DNA of 64,000 bases from Macrostomum lignano (taxonomy: Eukaryota). Positions 56,301 to 64,000 of the stretch are shown one piece after another. A program made the translations under genes and the position numbers. The notes beneath the pieces were generated by a model. The model made no database searches. It was given only the letters and a program-made list of their open reading frames with translations, and was not told the DNA's origin. The stretch is taken from the NCBI GenBank assembly GCA_002269645.1, contig NIVC01002872.1:68840-132839 (forward strand), given 5' to 3'. Each line of letters begins with the position of its first letter. Position 1 is the first letter of the stretch.

Positions 56301-59300
56301 GCTTGCAGCCTCTGGTTAAATCGGCAACTGATAAAGCAACTGGTCGCAGTTTCACTTACGAAGCCGTGGCCAATAGGAAACGGTGCATGGTCTGTAGGCA
56401 CGCGTTTCGCCGTATTGTCGACTTGGCTAGGTTTGTTTATCATAGCTTGGTTTATTTCAATAATAGGGTTGCTTTTTGACTTTTATTAAAAAGTGAAGAG
56501 TTTTAGTCATATTTTAGTTGATTTTTGTAGTTTCCATCCGAATTGAAATAATTGGGATTTTTGTGGTTTCCATCCGAATTGAAATAATCGGGATTTTTGT
56601 GGTTTCCATCCGAATTGAAATAATCGGGATTTTTGTGGTTTCCATCCGAATTGAAATAATCGGGATTTTTGTGGTTTCCATCCGAATTGAAATAATTGGG
56701 ATTTTTGTGGTTTCCATCCGAATTGAAATAATCGGGATTTTTGTGGTTTCCATCCGAATTGAAATAATCGGGATTTTTGTGGTTTCCATCCGAATTGAAA
56801 TAATCGGGATTTTTGTGGTTTCCATCCGAATTGAAATAATCGTCATTTTTGTGGTTTCCATCCGAATTGAAATAATCGGGATTTTTGTGGTTTTTTCCAT
56901 CACAAATGAAAAAATGGAGATTTTTGTGGTTTCCATCCCAATTGAAAAAAATGGGATTTTTGTGGTTTCCATCACAAATGAAATAATAGGGATTATTGTG
57001 GTTTCCATCCCAATTAAGATAATGGGGATTTTTGTAGCTTCCATCCCACAATAAATGTTGGTATTGTCCCAATATGTCTATTATATTCACACCTCGGGCG
57101 AAAGAATCGGGGTTATTAATATATCTTACCTCGGCCCCCCCGCCATCCCGCCAGACACATGCGCCGTCACAGCCAAGACCGACCATTCGCGTGTTTCGTC
57201 TGTCACAAACGATTCCGATTGCGTCAGACTCTGCTGCCGCATCTCCGATCGCACTACTCAAGGCCTGTCGAGTGTCCGCAGTGCTCTAAAAAATTATCTA
57301 GTCAGGCTAGCCTTAAGGTAATGCTCGAATGTATACTTTGAATTAAAAGTTTTATTAATGATTTCAGAATGAAAACGTAGAAAACCCCAATCGGTGGAAT
57401 TCCATCAGGGAAATCCCAGCCATGGGAATCCCCTAGTGGAATCTCAGTCAGCTGAATCCCAGACAGTGGAAATCCAGTCAGCGTAATGCCCCTCAAGGAA
57501 ATCTCAGTTGATGGAATCCCCCTTCAGGGAAATCCCAGTCAGCGGAATGCCCTCCAGGGGAATCCCAGTCAGGAATTCACTCCAGGGGAATCCCAGTCAG
57601 GAATTCACTCCAGGGGAATCCCAGTCAGGAATCCCTTCAGAGGAATCCCAGTCAGGAATTCACTCCAGGGGAATCCCAGTCAGGAATTCACTCCAGGGGA
57701 ATCCCAGTCAGGAATTCACTCCAGGGGAATCCCAGGGGACTCCAGGGGAATCCCAGTCAGGAATTCACTCCAGGGGAATCCCTGTCAGGAATCCCCTAAG
57801 TGGTATGCCTGAATTTCGGAGTTTAACCACTGACCCCAGACTGACTGTAGTAGACATATCTCCCGCCGCCTGCATCTGCCAGTGCACCATATTCCAAATG
57901 GCATTTCTGGTTGAGATCAAGCATGGCTTACATATCTAATTAGTTTAGCGGGAGTATAATAATATGGTTAGATTACTGGCCGATGTACTTTTTTCAACTA
58001 TAAGTGCATCGGTAATCAATCTTTCCAACAATTTTTTAACAAAAGTGACGAGAAATTTCTAAAGCAGGTCTCCGTTTACTAATCGATGTCCGTTGGCATA
58101 ATTTTAATTGCGTCATCGATTTGATTTGTTTCCAACGGAGAAAATTATAATGAATTATTGTTCAATTGGTCAGCTTACGGCCGGTGCACTTTTATTGCGA
58201 TGGTTAAGTACACGTGTACTTAATTCATCAAGGATAATAAGTACACTGGTAACCAACCTGACCTACAGGTTATTGAGCATTTTTACTCATAGTCCGACTC
58301 GGGACTACTTATAGTCTCAGTAGGATAGTGTCTATTTCTCCTTAATTCATACTCGATATCATTCATGCAAATATTTGGTATCGAATGTATGATTTAATAA
58401 TACTTTAAGGAGATAATATTAATACAGCTTGATCAGCTTACGGCCGGTGCACTTTTTTGATGTTAAAGTACACTTGTACTTAAATTTGCGATAAAATAAG
58501 TTCACTGGTAACCAACCTGATCAACAAATTAATATACTACTACTGGCAGTCATAGTAGCATCAACTGTAATTAAAACAAGTATATTTTATTTGATAAAAT
58601 ATCCAAAATTCTCCTTAGATCATGTGGGATATCATTAAAATGAAATTTCGTATGATTTATTAAAAATTTAAGGAGATATAATAATCAATTTTGTTCAGCT
58701 TACGGCCGGTGCACTTTTACGATGTTATAGTACACTTGTACTTAATACACTTCGCAAACAAATAAGTTCACTGGTAACCAACCTGATCTACATTAGAATT
58801 AAGTTTGTTATTATTTACCGATGCTCAAGGTGGCAGAGTAGCTCACTGCGCTAAACAACCCGGGTTCGATTCCGTGCTACTCAGTGGTATATCGCTGTTG
58901 CCCTACTTCACTGATCAGGCAAACAAGGGCGCGGATACGTACATACGTACGCACAGGCACACACTCACACAGTAGTGTACAGCGGCCCTAGCTTTATTTA
59001 TTGTTAGGCATGTACACTTCAATTTGCCTTGGGGGGTTGGGCCTTAAGAGGCGTTAATTGCACGAGCAGAGACAAGCCGAGATTCGCTGGACCACTGGGC
59101 TACGGCCCACCGGGCCCCTGCAGACTAAGTAATTAACTTACCTAACTAATACACAGGTGCACTTGCGACGCCACGAGCAGAGCTATCCCTACAGTTGCAA
59201 ATACTGCTTCCATCGCTTCATCACTAAGAGCAATTTGAAATATCACATGCGCACTCATCCGGCCCGGGATCTGCGCACCGTGTCGCGCGTACTGGAGCCG

Positions 59301-62300
59301 CAGCTGGACCCGGCGCCGGCCTTAGACCCGTTGGAGATTGTCTACGACAGCCAGTTCCAGCGGGTGCTGGTGCCGTCCGCTCCCGGCCGCAGTCAGGGCG
59401 TTGTAGCCGACGCCCCGGATCCCAGCCGGCCGCATCGGTGCAAAGATTGCGGCAAAATCTTTAAAAAGAAAGGCCACCTCCAGCGCCACGCTATGAGCCA
59501 TTCGAATTTGAAGCCGCACAAGTGCCAGATGTGCCATCGAATGTACAGCACCTCGAATGTATTGCAGCAGCACATTCGAGCCGTGCACGGCGGCCAGCGG
59601 CCCTACGTGTGCGACCGCTGTCCTAATATGTCGTTTAAAAGTCGCAGCAATTTGAATCGGCACATTGACAACTGGCATGGAGACGGCGTCAGCTTCTTCT
59701 GCAAAGTCTGCCACAAGGTACTGTAGCAATACCCACTGATAGATCTGGCATAGCAATATCCACTGATAGATCTGGCATAGAAATACCCACTGATGGATCT
59801 GGCATAGCAATATCCACTGATAGATCTGGCATAGAAATACCCACTGATGGATCTGGCATAGCAATATCCACTGATAGATCTGGCATAACAATACCCACTG
59901 ATGGATCTGGCATAGCAATATCCACTGATAGATCTGGCATAGCAATACCCACTGATGGATCTGGCATAGCAATACCCACTGATGGATCTGGCATAGCAAT
60001 ACCCACTGATGGATCTGGCATAGCAATACCCACTGATGGATCTGACAGCAATACTCTCCGAAGGATGGGAGCGTTAACAATACTCGGGCTCTAAATTATG
60101 GGGTAGCAATACCCTACGTACTTCCATTCATCAAAAGGCATAATCCGCTTAGTTTAAATGTGCGGTAACCTTAATAGGGAATAGTTCGAGTTTAGTACCC
60201 CCATCTGCAGCGATATCTAATCGAATCTCCGCTGCCGCAGCAACAGCAGACTCCGCATAATTTCCACCATCCGCACTGCGCGCAGGGCTTCCGCACCCGA
60301 ACCAAGTGCAAGCGCCACTCCATCGCGCACACTCGCCGCGGCGACCCGGTGCCGCGCACCAGCTACGCACTGGCTCTGGTCCCGGACCCACCGCAGGCCC
60401 CGGCTCCTGTCCTACCAACCGACGACATGATGCAGGACGCGCTGACCAGCCTGTGCCCGACTGATGCTTCGTTCCTATCGAATCTGCAGGACGGCTCGGC
60501 CCCTGTTATCGAGCAGGATTTCGATCGGCTGTTAAACAACTGCCTTACCGGGATGGACAGTCTAGATGCTGTTGTGCCCACCCATCTGGGCGATCCCAGC
60601 TTGGATGCGGCCGCCTCCGTGCCGGTGTCATCTATGCCGGTACAATCCGTTACCTCCACTGCTGCCGCCTCTGCCGCTGCTGTGTCCGGCTCGTCTAGCC
60701 TCGGAAGAATTCCGTCTGGCGATAACGCAATCGCAGCTAATAATCATAACTCTCTGTCATTGAATCGGGCGGCTAACCCGGCTACAGTTACTGAACCGGA
60801 TCTCAACTTGCCACTGTCTAGCGTACTGTCTGCCGCTGATTTTCCTCAGCTGACTGAGGCTTTGTACGCTAGCGATGGCACGGCAACTGTTAATCAATAT
60901 CCTATACCGAAGAGTGACGATCTGGTGAGCATAAACTGCGTCTGTGGTCTCTCTCCCTGAATCTGCCTCTCCGCTTTCTGTCCCTGAATCTGCCTCTCCG
61001 CTTACTGTCCCTGAATCTGCCTCTCCGCTTTCTCTCCCTGAATCTGCCTCTCCGCTTTCTCTCCCTGAATCTGCCTCTCCGCTTACTGTCCCTGAATCTG
61101 CCTCTCCGCTTTCTCTCCCTGAATCTGCCTCTCCGCTTACTGTCCCTGAATCTGCCTCTCCGCTTTCTCTCCCTGAATCTGCCTCTCCGCTTACTGTCCC
61201 TGAATCTGCCTCTCCGCTTTCTCTCTCTGAATCTGCCTCTCCGCTTTCTCTCCCTGAATCTGCCTCTCCGCTTTCTCTCCCTGAATCTGCCTCTCCGCTT
61301 TCTCTCCCTGAATCTGCCTCTCCGCTTTCTGTCCCTGAATCTGCCTCTCCGCTTTCTGTCCCTGAATCTGCCTCTCCGCTTTCTGTCCCTGAATCTGCCT
61401 CTCCGCTTTCTGTCCCTGAATCTGCCTCTCCGCTTTCTGTCCCTGAATCTGCCTCTCCGCTTACTGTCCCTGAATCTGCCTCTCCGCTTTCTCTCCCTGA
61501 ATCTGCCTCTCCGCTTTCTGTCCCTGAATCTGCCTCTCCGCTTTCTGTCCCTGAATCTGCCTCTCCGCTTTCTGTCCCTGAATCTGCCTCTCCGCTTTCT
61601 CCTTCTGAATCTGCCTCTCCGCTTTCTGTCCCTGAATCTGCCTCTCCGCTTTCTCCTCCTGAATCTGCCTCTCCGCTTTCTCTCCCTGAATCTGCCTCTC
61701 CGCTTACTGTCCCTGAATCTGCCTCTCCGCTTTCTCTCCCTGAATCTGCTTCTCCGCTTTCTTCTCCTGAATCTGCCTCTCCGCTTTCTCTCCCTGAATC
61801 TGCCTCTCCGCTTTCTCTCTCTGAATCTGCCTCTCCGCTTTCTGTCCCTGAATCTGCCTCTCCGCTTTCTGTCCCTGAATCTGCCTCTCCGCTTTCTCTC
61901 CCTGAATCTGCCTCTCCGCTTTCTCTCCCTGAATCTGCCTCTCCGCTTTCTGTCCCTGAATCTGCCTCTCCGCTTACTGTCCCTGAATCTGCCTCTCCGC
62001 TTTCTGTCCCTGAATCTGCCTCTCCGCTTTCTGTCCCTGAATCTGCCTCTCCGCTTTCTGTCCCTGAATCTGCCTCTCCGCTTTCTGTCCCTGAATCTGC
62101 CTCTCCGCTTACTGTCCCTGAATCTGCCTCTCCGCTTTCTCTCCCTGAATCTGCCTCTCCGCTTACTGTCCCTGAATCTGCCTCTCCGCTTTCTCTCCCT
62201 GAATCTGCCTCTCCGCTTACTGTCCCTGAATCTGCCTCTCCGCTTTCTCTCCCTGAATCTGCCTCTCCGCTTACTGTCCCTGAATCTGCCTCTCCGCTTT

Positions 62301-62931
62301 CTCTCCCTAAATCTGCCTCTCCGCTTTCTGTCCCTGAATCTGCCTCTCCGCTTTCTGTCCCTGAATCTGCCTCTCCGCTTTCTGTCCCTGAATCTGCCTC
62401 TCCGCTTTCTGTCCCTGAATCTGCCTCTCCGCTTTCTGTCCCTGAATCTGCCTCTCCGCTTTCTGTCCCTGAATCTGCCTCTCCGCTTTCTCTCCCTGAA
62501 TCTGCCTGCGCAGATATATAGTGTATCTATACCTCGAGTAGTCTTAAAGAACTGCTTCAACTGACGGCCTTTGCTCCCTTAATTTTACCTTTCGCAGATT
62601 AGCCTAGACGCTTACTACGGCTGCGCTAAATGCCAGCGCAGCTTCTACAAAGCTAAACAATTGCAATTGCACGTGCGCACTGAGCATCACCAGGAGAGGC
62701 ACTCGTGCGAACTGTGCGGCAAGGCCTTCCTATCTGAGCTGGCGTTGAAAAATCACCAGCTGGCTCATCAGCCCGACCAGCCAAAGCAGTGCCGAGACTG
62801 CGGCCAAGAGTTCGTTAGCCAGAGCGCACTGGCTGTGCACACGACTATGCGGCACAATGATAGGCGCCATTTTCGGTGCAACCATTGCGAGCGGGACTTT
62901 CACAATATTAAGCATTTGCAATTGCATATTG
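53360..62931 (+). CDS. Multi-C2H2 zinc-finger protein (about 19 fingers, >1200 aa); 3' end uncertain
   Basis: Exons 53360-54364, 54998-55426, 55946-56430, 57155-57317, 59157-59717, 60286-60924 and 62598-62931 (or -62978). Three fingers are completed only across the predicted junctions (LAR|HMRRH, SLK|VHLRRH, CHK|GFRTRTKCKRHSIAH). Contains a TGEKPY linker. Confidence 0.88.
54561..54916 (+). mobile_element. tRNA-derived SINE family B, full-length copy in a zinc-finger gene intron
   Basis: A box TAGCCCAGCGG, B box GGCTCGATTCC, tail CCTCTAATAAA. GAGCGTGTCTGT occurs on both flanks as a TSD-like repeat. Confidence 0.88.
55483..55655 (-). mobile_element. CORE-type tRNA-derived SINE, internally deleted copy
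   Basis: Reverse complement of the head and CORE of the 39787 element. Confidence 0.8.
56525..57045. repeat. 36-bp minisatellite in a zinc-finger gene intron
   Basis: Tandem TTCCATCCGAATTGAAATAATCGGGATTTTTGTGGT. Confidence 0.93.
57370..57810. repeat. 28-bp minisatellite with a degenerate leader
   Basis: Tandem CAGGAATTCACTCCAGGGGAATCCCAGT. Confidence 0.88.
58150..58800. repeat. Three diverged tandem units of about 265 bp
   Basis: TCAGCTTACGGCCGGTGCACTTT...CACTGGTAACCAACCTGA recurs at about 58170, 58433 and 58695. Confidence 0.8.
58925..59108 (-). mobile_element. tRNA-derived SINE family B, partial copy with internal deletion
   Basis: GCGCGGATACGTAC...CAGCGGCCCTA...GCAGAGACAAGCCGAGATTC joined directly to the head remnant CACTGGGCTACGGCCC. 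Confidence 0.75.
59725..60050. repeat. 27-bp minisatellite starting about 8 nt after a splice donor
   Basis: Tandem GCAATACCCACTGATGGATCTGGCATA. Confidence 0.93.
60945..62510. repeat. 27-bp minisatellite (about 1.55 kb) in a zinc-finger gene intron
   Basis: Tandem CCTGAATCTGCCTCTCCGCTTTCTGTC. Confidence 0.96.
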
Positions 62932-63089
62932 GTGAACTGCGCTCCGAACGGGAAAGTCTGATTGTGGATTTGAAAAAAGTGAGCCAGGGGTTATTGCTTG
63001 ATTGGCTTGGGTTGGGAAATGAAATTCAGTGGCTTGGATTAGTATTTAGCTGATTTGACTGGCATAAAGTGGCTTAGATTGAAATTTCA

Positions 63090-63700
63090 TGACTTCGATT
63101 GGAATTTAGTGGCTTAGATTGGAATGAATTGGTTTGGATTGAAATGGAGTGGCTTGGATTGGAATGGAGTGGCTTGGATTGGAATGGAGTGGCTTGGATC
63201 GATTGGAATGGAGTGGCTTAGATTGGAATGGAGTGGCTTGGATTGGAATGGAGTGGCTTGGATTGGAATGGAGTGGCTTGGATTGGAATGGCGTGGCTTA
63301 GATTGAAATGGAGTGGATTAGATTGAAATGGAGTGGCTTGGATCAATTGGAATGCAGTGGCTTGGATTGGAATGGAGTGGCTTGGATCGATTGGAATGGA
63401 GTGGCTTGGATCGATTGGAATGGAGTGGCTTAGATCGATTGGAATGGAGTGGCTTGGATCGATTGGAATGGAGTAGCTTGGATCGATTGGAATGGAGTGG
63501 CTTAGATCGATTGGAATGCAGTGGCTTGGATTGGAATGGAGTGGCTTAGATTGGAATGCAGTGGCTTGGATTGGAATGGAGTGGCTTAGATTGGAATGCA
63601 GTGGCTTGGATTGGAATGCAGTGGCTTGGATTGGAATAGAGTGGCTTGGATTGGAATGTAGTGGCTTAGATCGGAATGGAGTGGCTTGGATTAGAATTTA
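63090..63700. repeat. 20/24-bp GGAAT-containing minisatellite
   Basis: Tandem GGATTGGAATGGAGTGGCTT and GGATCGATTGGAATGGAGTGGCTT. Confidence 0.92.
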
Positions 63701-63886
63701 AGCGTGTTAGAAATAGAATTAGAATTGAAATAGTTTGAATCGTAATTAAGCGTGGCTTGGATTGGACAACATTATCATGATTTGGACTATGGTGTTACGC
63801 ATATGGAATGAGCTTAAGTAGCTTGTATTGGTCTTGTATTTATAGCACAGATTTGAGCTCCATCTCAATCCCACAAATGCTTCAAG

Positions 63887-64000
63887 GCGCGCCACTACCA
63901 GCTGGGCAGTCGGGACTTTGTCCGGGAGCGGCGCTGCCAGCTTCGCCTGCCGGAGGACGAGACTCGCAGCCTGGCCCAATCGGCGCTCACCACTGACATG
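63887..64000 (+). CDS. Probable further exon of the zinc-finger gene, open to the window end
   Basis: After CTTCAAG, the frame ARHYQLGSRDFVRERRCQLRLPEDETRSLAQSALTTDM has about 32 of 38 GC-ending codons. The junction to the upstream exon is ambiguous. Confidence 0.5.

Noticed and set aside
56503-57261. 252-aa ORF with NSDGNHKNPDYF repeats
   Set aside because: It is antisense to the zinc-finger gene and made largely of a 36-bp intronic array.
60902-62560. ORFs of 525 and 552 aa (PESASPLSV / RKRRGRFRD repeats) on both strands
   Set aside because: They come from a 27-bp intronic array between a clear donor (60925) and acceptor (62597). The protamine-like or mucin-like look is an artefact.
63090-63700. 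Homology to human satellite II/III (GGAAT)
   Set aside because: Only a pentamer is shared within a 20/24-bp unit; convergence is expected.

Overview
This is a repeat-rich animal genomic window with spliceosomal introns. The AT-rich promoter domains, GC-rich exons and a minisatellite in most introns resemble a free-living flatworm such as Macrostomum, but the organism is an inference. I rebuilt five spliced genes by hand with GT-AG sites and consistent phases: Rab18 (+, 2444-7643), a six-repeat beta-thymosin (-, 10586-11504), the ciliary transition-zone gene TMEM231 (-, 19579-22576), an SLC8-type Na+/Ca2+ exchanger (-, 24386-42017) and a multi-C2H2 zinc-finger gene (+, from 53360, probably running off the window). 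The rest is mostly minisatellites, two tRNA-derived SINE families, several non-autonomous Helitrons, Merlin-like and hAT-like MITEs and a Merlin transposase remnant. I found no CRISPR array, no prokaryote-type operon and no clear-cut new multi-gene system. The best leads are: (1) a cluster of RFX X-boxes in the last intron of the exchanger that may be the TMEM231 promoter, which would interleave the two genes; (2) an anciently duplicated, stop-containing copy of the CBD2 exon in the exchanger; (3) a 3.8-kb satellite grown inside a Helitron, plus a head-to-tail Helitron chain; (4) a consistent AT-rich-5' to GC-rich-3' codon gradient in four genes. Repeat boundaries are approximate.
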